A stretch of DNA of 64,000 nucleotides, taken from NCBI GenBank assembly GCA_037444405.1, contig JBBIML010000013.1, positions 32,001 through 96,000 on the forward strand. The letters run 5' to 3'. The stretch is from Armatimonadota bacterium (GTDB taxonomy: Bacteria; Armatimonadota; Fimbriimonadia; Fimbriimonadales; GBS-DC). Positions 46,979-58,197 of the stretch are shown here, in pieces (the stretch's first letter is position 1; each line of letters begins with the position of its first letter). The notes under the pieces are model-generated. The model did no database searches and was not told where the DNA came from. It worked only from the letters and a program-made list of their open reading frames with translations. A program made the translations under genes and the position numbers.

Positions 46979-48157
46979 ATGCAAGAGGCATATATTGTGG
47001 CTGCTGTTCGAACCGCGATAGGCAAGGCGCCGCGCGGCTCGCTGCGCAACACGCGCCCCGACGATCTGGCAGCGACCGCCATCCGCGCTGTGCTGGAGCG
47101 CGTGCCCGCGCTGAACCCCAGCATGATCGAAGATGTGGTGCTGGGCTGTGCCGTGCCCGAAGCCGAGCAGGGCATGAATGTCGCCCGTATCGCCGTGCTG
47201 CGCGCGGGTCTGCCCGTCGATGTGCCCGCCGCCACCGTGAACCGCATGTGCGCCTCGGGACTGGAAGCCATCGCCATTATTGCCCAGCGCATCCAGACAG
47301 GGCAGATCGATGTGGGCATCGCAGGTGGCACCGAAAGCATGTCGATGGTGCCGATGGAGGGGCATGTGTTCCGCCCGAACCCTGTGCTGGCGCGTCAGTA
47401 TCCCGACGCCTATCTGGGCATGGGGCTGACCACCGAGAATCTGGTTCAGCAGTTCAGCATCACGCGCGAGGAAGCGGACGCCTTCGCCCTGCAGAGCCAC
47501 CAGAAAGCGCTGCGGGCGCAGGCGGAAGGCGCGTTTGAAGGCGAAATCGTGCCCGTCGAAGTGGTCGAGAAGGTGGTCAAAAACGGCACGATTCACGAGA
47601 ACCGCTTCCTCTTTGACCGCGACGAGGGTCCACGCGCCGACACGAGCATGGAGGCGCTGGCGAAGCTGAAGCCCGTGTTCAAAACGGATGGCACCGTTAC
47701 AGCGGGCAACAGCTCCCAGCGCAGCGACGGCGCCGCCGCCGTTCTGCTGATGAGCGAGCGCAAGGTGAAGGAGCTGGGGCTTCAGCCGATAGCGCGCTTC
47801 GCAGGCTACGCGCTGGCGGGCGTGCCGCCCGAAACGATGGGCATTGGACCCGCCTATGCCATTCCCAAACTGCTCCAGAAGACGGGCAAACGCCTGGAGG
47901 ATATCGACCTGTTCGAAATCAATGAGGCGTTCGCCGCGCAGGTGCTGGCGGTGCTGCGCCAGCTGCCTGACCTGCCCACCGACCGCCTGAATGTGAACGG
48001 TGGCGCGGTCGCGCTCGGACACCCGCTGGGGGCGACGGGCGCGCGCATGACCGCCACCCTGCTGAACGCCCTGCGCCGGCGCGGCGGCAAATGGGGCATC
48101 GTGAGCATGTGCGTCGGGGGCGGTATGGGCGCCGCAGGGCTGTTCGAGATGGTCTGA
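46979..48157 (+). CDS. Acetyl-CoA C-acyltransferase (thiolase)
   Basis: [45 protein letters not shown]. Confidence 0.95.
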   Translation: MQEAYIVAAVRTAIGKAPRGSLRNTRPDDLAATAIRAVLERVPALNPSMIEDVVLGCAVPEAEQGMNVARIAVLRAGLPVDVPAATVNRMCASGLEAIAIIAQRIQTGQIDVGIAGGTESMSMVPMEGHVFRPNPVLARQYPDAYLGMGLTTENLVQQFSITREEADAFALQSHQKALRAQAEGAFEGEIVPVEVVEKVVKNGTIHENRFLFDRDEGPRADTSMEALAKLKPVFKTDGTVTAGNSSQRSDGAAAVLLMSERKVKELGLQPIARFAGYALAGVPPETMGIGPAYAIPKLLQKTGKRLEDIDLFEINEAFAAQVLAVLRQLPDLPTDRLNVNGGAVALGHPLGATGARMTATLLNALRRRGGKWGIVSMCVGGGMGAAGLFEMV

Positions 48158-48161
48158 GACG

Positions 48162-48788
48162 ATGGCGCTGCATGTGGTCGATCACCCGCTGGTGAAGCAT
48201 ATTCTGACGCGCCTGCGCGATGTGGACACCGAGCCGGCGCGCTTTCGTGCGCTGGCTCGGCAACTCACCTTCCTGCTGGCAATCGAAGCCACACGCGACC
48301 TGCCCCTGCGCACCCATCCCGTGCGCACACCGTTAGAGACCACCGAAGGCTACTCGCTGAACAAAACGATTGTGGCGGTGCCGATTTTGCGGGCGGGATT
48401 GGGCATGATGGAAGCCATCACGGAGCTGTTCCCCGATGTGCGTGTGGGCTATATCGGACTGGAGCGGGATGAGCAGACCGCCATCGCCCGCGCCTACTAT
48501 TGCAAACTGCCCCCGCTGACCAGCAGTCGCGTGCTGCTGTTGGACCCGATGCTGGCGACGGGCGGCTCCGCCGAGCAGGCGCTGCAGGTGCTGTTCGAGG
48601 CGGGCGCGGACGATGTGGTGCATATCTGCGTGGTGGCGGCGCCCGAAGGCGTGGAGCGGTTGACTCGTCGCTTCCCACAGGTGCCCATCTATGCCGCCGC
48701 GCTCGATAGGGAGCTGAACGCCCAGAAGTTCATCCTGCCTGGCTTGGGCGACTTTGGCGACCGCCTGTACGGAACCGTCGCCCGCTAA
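48162..48788 (+). CDS. upp: Uracil phosphoribosyltransferase
   Basis: [36 protein letters not shown]. Confidence 0.96.
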   Translation: MALHVVDHPLVKHILTRLRDVDTEPARFRALARQLTFLLAIEATRDLPLRTHPVRTPLETTEGYSLNKTIVAVPILRAGLGMMEAITELFPDVRVGYIGLERDEQTAIARAYYCKLPPLTSSRVLLLDPMLATGGSAEQALQVLFEAGADDVVHICVVAAPEGVERLTRRFPQVPIYAAALDRELNAQKFILPGLGDFGDRLYGTVAR

Positions 48789-48834
48789 GTTTCGTTTTAT
48801 CCGCTCGCGGAGAACAGGAATCGAACGGCGGGCT

Positions 48835-49851
48835 TCAGATCAGCATCTCATCCTCGCCGCCGCGGGACAGCACAATCTCGCCTGCCTCCTCCAGACGGCG
48901 CACGATGCTCACGATTCGCTGTTGCGCCTCCTCCACATTCCGCACGCGCACGGGTCCCATAAACTCGATCTCCTCTTTGAGCATGTTGACGGCGCGTTCG
49001 GACATGTTGCGGAAGATTTTCTCCTTGAGCGCGTCGCTGGCGCCCTTGAGCGCGAGCGCCAGCTCCTTCATGTCCACCTCTTTCAGAATCTGCTGGATGG
49101 AGCGGTCATCCAGCTGGAGCAGGTCTTCGAAGGTGAACATCAGTTTGCGCACCTCTTCTGCCAGCTCGGGGTTCGATTCGTTGAGCGCGTCGAAAATGGT
49201 GCGCTCGGTGTTGCGGTCGACCCACTGCAGAATATCCACGAGCGATTTGACGCCGCCGGCGGCGGTCAATTCATGGCTGGCGAGGCTGGAGAGTTTGCGT
49301 TGCAGCACGGTCTCCACGCGGCGGATGACTTCGGGCGGGGTGCTGCCCATCGTGGCGAGCCGTTCGGCGACTTCGGGGCGCAGTTCGGGCGGCAGGCTGC
49401 TCAACACCGCCGCCGCTGCCTGCGGCTCCAGATATGCCAGCACTAATGCAATCGTTTGCGGGTGTTCGTCCTGCAGGAAGGTGCTGAGCTGGGCGGGATG
49501 CACGCGCTTGATGGAATCGAACGGCAGCATCTGCAGGGCGCGGGTGAGGCGGTTCACAATCTCGCTCGCGCGTTCGGGTCCGAACGCCTGCTCCAGCAGG
49601 GCGCGGGCGTGGTCGATGCCACCCTCCAGCGCGAGGTTCTGCGCCAGACACACCTCATAGAACTCGCGAATGACCTGCTGACGCACATCGGCGGGAATGT
49701 TGCCCAGTCGAGCAATCTCCAGACTGAGTTCCTCCACTTCGGCTTCGCTCAGATGCGGCAGGATCTGGGCGGCAATCTCTGTGCCGAGCGCAACCAGCAC
49801 AATCGCCGCCTTCTGCTTGCCCGTGAGTTTCTTATCCGCTGGCTTCAGCAT
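48835..49851 (-). CDS. fliG: Flagellar motor switch protein
   Basis: QKAAI, EHPQTIALVL, GGV, MFTFEDL, NMSERA, VEEAQ. Confidence 0.96.
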   Translation of the reverse strand: MLKPADKKLTGKQKAAIVLVALGTEIAAQILPHLSEAEVEELSLEIARLGNIPADVRQQVIREFYEVCLAQNLALEGGIDHARALLEQAFGPERASEIVNRLTRALQMLPFDSIKRVHPAQLSTFLQDEHPQTIALVLAYLEPQAAAAVLSSLPPELRPEVAERLATMGSTPPEVIRRVETVLQRKLSSLASHELTAAGGVKSLVDILQWVDRNTERTIFDALNESNPELAEEVRKLMFTFEDLLQLDDRSIQQILKEVDMKELALALKGASDALKEKIFRNMSERAVNMLKEEIEFMGPVRVRNVEEAQQRIVSIVRRLEEAGEIVLSRGGEDEMLI

Positions 49852-49869
49852 TGCCGTTTCCCAATCGTA

Positions 49870-49892
49870 GTAGCAGGGGCATCCTGCCCCTG
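49870..49892 (+). repeat. GTAG-family REP
   Basis: GTAGCAGGGGCATCCTGCCCCTG between fliF and fliG. Confidence 0.6.
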
Positions 49893-49938
49893 AAAGGTTG
49901 CAGGAGCGACCCCTTTTCACCCCGGCACGCCCTAAAGC

Positions 49939-51600
49939 CTAATCTTTGATCCAGCTCTTGAGCATGGCTGCCACATGCTCAGGTTTATGCCGGGCGAAGC
50001 GCTGGATTTCGACCAGCTCCGGCTGTCTCCGCTCCTGGATGGGTGGAGCAAGCGGTTCATCGAGCGGAATCACATCCTGCTGGGGCGCGTGTCGGGCAGG
50101 GAGGTTGCCTTCGCTGCCCGCGGTTGCGTCCGCCTGTATCGCCATCCAGCCCTCGTCGCCGACGGCGACATCGATGCCGCCGGTGGCGCCCGGCAGGGCG
50201 GCAATCGCTCGTGGTCTGGAGGCAACAGGGCGCTTAATCTGCTTGCCAATCACCCGCGCCAGGAAGAAGAAGACCATCAGCAGCAGGATGAAGGGCATCA
50301 GCTGCCACAGCAGGGCGAGCCGGCGGGCGTTCTCGCGCTCTTTGCGCTGCCGCTCGGCTGCCTGCGCCTGCTGAGTGTCGAACTTGACCGCCTGCACTGT
50401 GACGACGCGCGTGGGGTTGTTCGGCGTCGTGCCGACAGTTGCCTCCAGCCACTGGCGAATGGCGTTCTGGGTCGCCTGTGGGACGCCCTCATCGATCAGC
50501 ACGGCGACGCTCAGTCGCTCGATGCGTCCGGGCGCCCGCACGATATGCTCCACCTGCTTGTTCACCTCGTAGTTGCGCACGCGGTCTTCGCGGTTGTAGC
50601 TGCCGCCGGGCGTGGCGGGCGGTGTGGTGGGGTACATCGGTGTGTCGGCACGGTTGGAGGCGATGCCCGCGGGACCGCCCGCTGCGGGCACATTGCCATT
50701 CAGTCGCTCGACGGAGGAGGTCTCGCTGGTGACGGCGGCGCGGTTCGGGTCGAAAGGCTCCACGCGCTGTGCCTGCACCTCTTCGCGATCCAGATCAAGT
50801 TCTGCCTGCACCACCACACTCGATTTGCCCGTGCCCAGCACGCGGTCTAACTGCTGTTGCAGCAGGCGGCGCAGTTCGTCGGCGTAGGCGCGTTCTGCCT
50901 CGCGACGGGCGCGCACCAGCTCGCTATCGGCAACATCCGAATCGCCGCCGTTCCAGAGCGGTTGCGCCCCGCCGTCCACCACCGTCACGCGCTCTGGCTT
51001 CAGCCCCTCCACGCTGTGGCACATTAGATGCACGATGCCCCGAATCTGCTCGCGGGTGAGCGTCGCGCCCGGCTTGAGATGAACCACCACGCTGGCGGAC
51101 GGCTCCGCGCGCGAATCGGCGAAAGGCGAATCGTTGCCCGGCGTGATGTGAACCCGTGCGCTCTCGACGGGTTCCAGATGCTGGATGGTGTTCTGCAGTT
51201 CCTCTTCGAGCGCGATGCGCAGGGTGGTCTGCTCCATCGCCTGCGTGAGACCGAAGGGCGTTTTTTCGAGGCGGGCGTAGCCGGGCGCGCCCGTGCGGGG
51301 CAGCCCTTTCGCCGCCAGTTCGAGGCGTGCCTCTTCTGCGCGGCGGCTCTCCACCTCCACGACGCTACCGCCCCCGCTCGTGCGCACGGCGATGCCCTTC
51401 TCCTTGAGCGTCTGCACGACAGCGGCGGAATCGGCGGGGCTAAGCCCCGTGTAGAGCGTGGTGTAGGTGGGCGTGGCTGCCCAGAAACCAAGCGTTAGAA
51501 ACAGCACAAGCAGCCCCACCACGCCCCCAACAACGCCCATGCGCGTCGGGCGCGGCGCGTTCGTCCACCAGTCCCGTAGCTGATTCAGCGCGTTCTGCAT
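49939..51600 (-). CDS. fliF: Flagellar M-ring protein
   Basis: Two TMs, LYTGL, ALEEEL..TI, SARVH, SASV, NYEV.K, RLSVAV. Confidence 0.93.
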   Translation of the reverse strand: MQNALNQLRDWWTNAPRPTRMGVVGGVVGLLVLFLTLGFWAATPTYTTLYTGLSPADSAAVVQTLKEKGIAVRTSGGGSVVEVESRRAEEARLELAAKGLPRTGAPGYARLEKTPFGLTQAMEQTTLRIALEEELQNTIQHLEPVESARVHITPGNDSPFADSRAEPSASVVVHLKPGATLTREQIRGIVHLMCHSVEGLKPERVTVVDGGAQPLWNGGDSDVADSELVRARREAERAYADELRRLLQQQLDRVLGTGKSSVVVQAELDLDREEVQAQRVEPFDPNRAAVTSETSSVERLNGNVPAAGGPAGIASNRADTPMYPTTPPATPGGSYNREDRVRNYEVNKQVEHIVRAPGRIERLSVAVLIDEGVPQATQNAIRQWLEATVGTTPNNPTRVVTVQAVKFDTQQAQAAERQRKERENARRLALLWQLMPFILLLMVFFFLARVIGKQIKRPVASRPRAIAALPGATGGIDVAVGDEGWMAIQADATAGSEGNLPARHAPQQDVIPLDEPLAPPIQERRQPELVEIQRFARHKPEHVAAMLKSWIKD

Positions 51601-51606
51601 CGTTGA

Positions 51607-51939
51607 TTACACCTGCAGGCGCATGATTTCCTGATAGGCTTCCAGCACCTTGTTGCGCACATGCAGGGTGAGCTGGAAGGCGAGGTTGGCTCGCTCCATC
51701 GCCAGGATGAGCGTGTGTTCGTCGACGGGTTCACCAGCGGCGAACCGCCCTACCAGTTCGCTCGCCCGATTCTGTGCGTCGGACACCTGCTGGATAATCT
51801 CTTTGAACATCTGCCCGAAGTCGGCTTCAGGCGTGGGGTTCAGCTCTACCGCCTCTGGCTCCAGCAGCTGCGGCGGCTCGACCTCGCGCATCTCTGGGCG
51901 CGGCAAGGGCTTGAACAGGCTGGGACCCTCTATTCGCAT
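51607..51939 (-). CDS. fliE: Flagellar hook-basal body protein
   Basis: VRNKVLEAYQEIMRLQV C-terminus. Confidence 0.93.
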   Translation of the reverse strand: MRIEGPSLFKPLPRPEMREVEPPQLLEPEAVELNPTPEADFGQMFKEIIQQVSDAQNRASELVGRFAAGEPVDEHTLILAMERANLAFQLTLHVRNKVLEAYQEIMRLQV

Positions 51940-51955
51940 AGCAGCTCACCTCGTT

Positions 51956-52363
51956 TCAGACGCGCCCGATGTCCAGCGTGCGCAGGAACATATTCTTGGC
52001 GGCGTTGTAGGCGGTCAGGTTCGCCTCGTAGGCGCGACTGGCAGTGATCAGGTCGACCATCTCGTGGACGATATCGACATTCGGGTAGGTTACATAGCCG
52101 CTGGCGTCGGCGTCGGGGTGTCCGGGCTGATAGACCATGCGGGGCGGGGTGATGTCGGTGGCGATGCCGACCACGCGCACGCCGCCGGGCATCGCGGGCG
52201 AGGGTGGGATCGGCTCCAGAATCGCCACCTTGCGACGGTAGACCTCGCCCGTCGCTGAGCGCGTGCTGCTCGCGTTCGCCAGATTGTCCGCGATAATATC
52301 CATCCGCAGTCGCTCGGCGGAGAGACCGCTCGCGCTAACCTTCATCGTGCTGATGAGTCCCAT
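51956..52363 (-). CDS. flgC: Flagellar basal-body rod protein
   Basis: SASGLSAERLRMD.IA.NLANA, YRRK, PGHPDAD..GYV..PNV, ASRAYEAN. Confidence 0.95.
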   Translation of the reverse strand: MGLISTMKVSASGLSAERLRMDIIADNLANASSTRSATGEVYRRKVAILEPIPPSPAMPGGVRVVGIATDITPPRMVYQPGHPDADASGYVTYPNVDIVHEMVDLITASRAYEANLTAYNAAKNMFLRTLDIGRV

Positions 52364-52384
52364 CGGGTTTCACCTCCAGATTCA

Positions 52385-52420
52385 CCTCACCCGTACCCTC
52401 TCCCCAGAGGGGAGAGGGGT
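52385..52420. repeat. CCTCACCC..CCCTCTCCCC..GGGGAGAGGG hairpin repeat
   Basis: Same family as 12551-12592; lies between flgB and flgC. Confidence 0.65.
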
Positions 52421-52432
52421 TCGGATTGTCTG

Positions 52433-52879
52433 CTATGGTGTTCGTCCGCCGGTGATGGCGTCCAGCAAGCCCCGAATCTGCCCGCTGGCGATGCGCACCA
52501 GCATCGAGTAGCGCAGTTCGTTCTCGGCGAGCGCGACGAGTTCATATTCGGGGTCAACCGTATTGCCGTCGGTGCGCATAGTGGTGGGGCTGGCGATGGG
52601 CATCGCATTCACGCGGCTATCGGGCTGAAGCGGGTTGATGGGTGCTGATGGCACAGGGATGCCGTGCTGGAGCGCCAGCTCCACCGCGCGATTGCGGGCG
52701 CGAGCCAGCACCCCTGCAAAGGGCAGGTCCAGCCGCTGATAGCCCGGTGTGTTCACATTCGCCAGATTACTGGCAAGCAGCTGCTGGCGGGCGGCGACGT
52801 GATCCATCGCCCGCTCCGCCGCCTGCAACACGGGCGTGTCCCAGAATATGCGTTGAACGGTCGGAACCGATGCCGGCAT
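52433..52879 (-). CDS. flgB: Flagellar basal-body rod protein
   Basis: RQQLLASNLANVNTPGY, RTDGNTVD. Confidence 0.93.
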   Translation of the reverse strand: MPASVPTVQRIFWDTPVLQAAERAMDHVAARQQLLASNLANVNTPGYQRLDLPFAGVLARARNRAVELALQHGIPVPSAPINPLQPDSRVNAMPIASPTTMRTDGNTVDPEYELVALAENELRYSMLVRIASGQIRGLLDAITGGRTP

Positions 52880-52938
52880 TCCATCTTCCTCCTCTCGCGT
52901 CCATGCATCCCGATGGCGTTCCCTGCCTCACGCCCCTA

Positions 52939-52966
52939 TTATCGGCGTGGGCGGCAGGTTTATTCA
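52939..52966 (-). promoter_or_regulatory. Candidate sigma-28 (FliA) promoter of flgB
   Basis: Perfect -10 GCCGATAA (52939-52946) with TGAATAAA upstream. Confidence 0.6.
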
Positions 52967-52987
52967 GGGTATAATCGCGTGGAAGCC

Positions 52988-54409
52988 ATGCACACGAACG
53001 AGTCGGCACGGATGTGGGGCGGGCGGTTTGAAAAGTCGCCCGCGCCCGAAGCGGAAGCCTTCTCGCGCTCGCTCCCCGTCGATATCCGCCTGTGGCGTCA
53101 GGACATTCAGGTGAGCCTCGCGCACGCGCGGATGCTGGGCATTCGCGGCATCATCAGCACGCAGGAGGCGAACCGACTGGTGGACGCTCTGCTGGAGATT
53201 GCGCACGAACTCGAAAGCGGTCAGTGGCAGCCCGACCCGACCTGCGAAGATGTTCACACCGCCATCGAGAACCGCCTCTATGAGAAGGTCGGCACGCTCG
53301 CGGGCAAGTTGCACACCGCACGCAGCCGCAACGACCAGGTCGCGACCGATACCCGCCTCTATCTGAAGCAGCATCTCGGCACGCTGGCAGGCAATCTGAT
53401 TGGGCTCATCAACACGCTGATAGAGACCGCCCGCCAGCACACGGAGACGGTGATGCCCGGCTTGACTCATCAGCAGCATGCGCAGCCGGTGTCGTTGGCG
53501 CACCATCTGATGGCGCACGCCTGGGCGCTGATGCGCGACCTCGATCGGCTGAGCGACTATACTCTGCGCCTGAAGGTGTGCCCGCTGGGGGCAGGCGCGC
53601 TGGCGGGCACCTCGTTCCCCATCGATCGCGAACTCGTCGCCAGCGAGCTGGAGCTGGATGAACCCGCGCCCAACAGCATGGACGCCGTGTCGGACCGCGA
53701 TTTCGTCGCCGAATACCTGTTCATCGCGGCGCTTTTGATGGTTCACCTGTCGCGCCTGGCGCAGGAGCTGATCCTGTGGAGTACGCCCGAATATGGCTTT
53801 GTCGAGCTGGACGACGCCTACACCACGGGCAGTAGCCTGATGCCGCAGAAGAAGAACCCCGATATTGCCGAGTTGATTCGCGGGCGCAGCGCTCTCACCA
53901 TCGGCAACCTCACGGCGATGCTCGCCCTGCTCAAAGCCCTGCCGCTCACCTATAATCGCGACCTTCAGGATGACAAAACGCTGCTGTTCGCCACCGTCGA
54001 TATTCTGGTGCCCTCCATCCGCCTGATGCGCCAAATGATTGAGACCGCCCGCTGGAACACGGAGCGGATGCGTCAGGCGGTTCAGGGCGACTTCTCCACC
54101 GCAACGGAGTTAGCCGACTATCTGGTGCGCAGGGGCGTGCCGTTCCGCGAGGCGCACCATCTGGTGGGTCAGATTGTGCGCGATTGCATCCAGCGCGGCA
54201 CAACGCTGGAACGGCTCACGCTGGACGATTTGAAGCGGTACTCACCGCTGTTTGAGGCAGACGCATTGCAGGCGGTTCAGCCTGAGTTCGCGCTGCGGGC
54301 GCGCACCTCCTATGGCGGTACTGCGCCTGAAGCCGTGCAGGGGCAGATCGAACATGCCGCCGATTATCTGGACTATCTGCACGCGGTGCTGAGCGAGCGC
54401 CTGCATTAG
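52988..54409 (+). CDS. argH: Argininosuccinate lyase
   Basis: MWGGRF, EDVH, LHTARSRNDQV, GSSLMPQKKNPD, YNRDLQ, PFREAH. Confidence 0.96.
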   Translation: MHTNESARMWGGRFEKSPAPEAEAFSRSLPVDIRLWRQDIQVSLAHARMLGIRGIISTQEANRLVDALLEIAHELESGQWQPDPTCEDVHTAIENRLYEKVGTLAGKLHTARSRNDQVATDTRLYLKQHLGTLAGNLIGLINTLIETARQHTETVMPGLTHQQHAQPVSLAHHLMAHAWALMRDLDRLSDYTLRLKVCPLGAGALAGTSFPIDRELVASELELDEPAPNSMDAVSDRDFVAEYLFIAALLMVHLSRLAQELILWSTPEYGFVELDDAYTTGSSLMPQKKNPDIAELIRGRSALTIGNLTAMLALLKALPLTYNRDLQDDKTLLFATVDILVPSIRLMRQMIETARWNTERMRQAVQGDFSTATELADYLVRRGVPFREAHHLVGQIVRDCIQRGTTLERLTLDDLKRYSPLFEADALQAVQPEFALRARTSYGGTAPEAVQGQIEHAADYLDYLHAVLSERLH

Positions 54410-54419
54410 GGCTTCGCGC

Positions 54420-54986
54420 TCACTTTCTGGGCTTCCTTGCCCCGCCCGATGAGCGGGTGATGCCCGATGCGCGGCTCAACCGCTGCCACTGCTGCTCGTC
54501 CACCTGCTTCACGCTGCCATCCAGAAAAACGACCCATCGCTTCTTCGTGACGGGATCGGGAAACGGCTGATAGAACACTACCATCGTGGCGGGATTGCGA
54601 ATCTGGTCGCGCTTCTTATACGAGAGGCTCTTGTTGAACTGGAACAGGCTGTTAGTGGTGGGGTCATACCAGGTGAGATTCGTCTTGAGATAGGGCAGCA
54701 GCACTCCCTGAAGCCGGGTTGCGCTGGTCATCGGTGGGAGCGTGTCATCGTAATCGGCGCAATACATCCGGATAGCGAGGAAGAGCTGGCGCAGGCGCCC
54801 GTCGGTGGTGCTGGGTACGGCAACGATGGCAGGTGAGCTAACAGGCGGCGTAACGAACCCGCTGGAAACCGACGATGGACGCGATTTTGCGATGAAATGC
54901 GCGGCTTTGGTGAGCCAGCTGGTCAGAATCACCACCGCGATTACGACGCCGATAATCAGCGGCAGCAGCTCCTTCAATCCTCGCAC
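54420..54986 (-). CDS. Membrane-anchored DUF1559 / H-X9-DG-like protein
   Basis: N-terminal TM; LRQLFLAIRMYCADYDDTLPP; RWVVFLDGSVK. Confidence 0.7.
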   Translation of the reverse strand: MRGLKELLPLIIGVVIAVVILTSWLTKAAHFIAKSRPSSVSSGFVTPPVSSPAIVAVPSTTDGRLRQLFLAIRMYCADYDDTLPPMTSATRLQGVLLPYLKTNLTWYDPTTNSLFQFNKSLSYKKRDQIRNPATMVVFYQPFPDPVTKKRWVVFLDGSVKQVDEQQWQRLSRASGITRSSGGARKPRK

Positions 54987-55033
54987 GGTTGCACCTCCAG
55001 CGTTATTGAGATACGACGCCTGCTATGCAACTC

Positions 55034-55282
55034 CTACAGCTCGATGCCCTTCTCGCGCAGCAACTGTTTGAGCCGTTGCAGTTCGGCTTCTGCCTGCTCG
55101 GCGCGCTGGCGCTCCTGTTCCGCCCGCTGGCGTTCCTGCTCGACAAGGGTGAGGCTCTGGAGCTGCTGGATAATCTGTTCGGCGTCGCGGACAACATCAG
55201 GGGTGATGGGCGGTCCGTCGTCCAGATCGAACTCTTGCCGCTTCCGCGATTGTGTGCCCGATTTCGCCTTCGCGCGTGGCAT
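55034..55282 (-). CDS. 82-aa protein with Uma2-endonuclease-type coiled-coil tail
   Basis: EQERQRAEQERQRAEQAEAELQRLKQLLREKGIEL; GGGAGG RBS. Confidence 0.6.
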   Translation of the reverse strand: MPRAKAKSGTQSRKRQEFDLDDGPPITPDVVRDAEQIIQQLQSLTLVEQERQRAEQERQRAEQAEAELQRLKQLLREKGIEL

Positions 55283-55306
55283 GGCGCTCTCTGTATACCT
55301 CCCTTC

Positions 55307-58197
<2,891 letters not shown>

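Noticed and set aside
48813..48842. ACAGGAAT...AGAT resembling a SigH promoter
   Set aside because: No GAAT at the right spacing, and it lies between convergent genes
52664..52987. N-terminal extension of argH
   Set aside because: Overlaps flgB antisense; a -10 element and the MWGGRF position support a start at 52988
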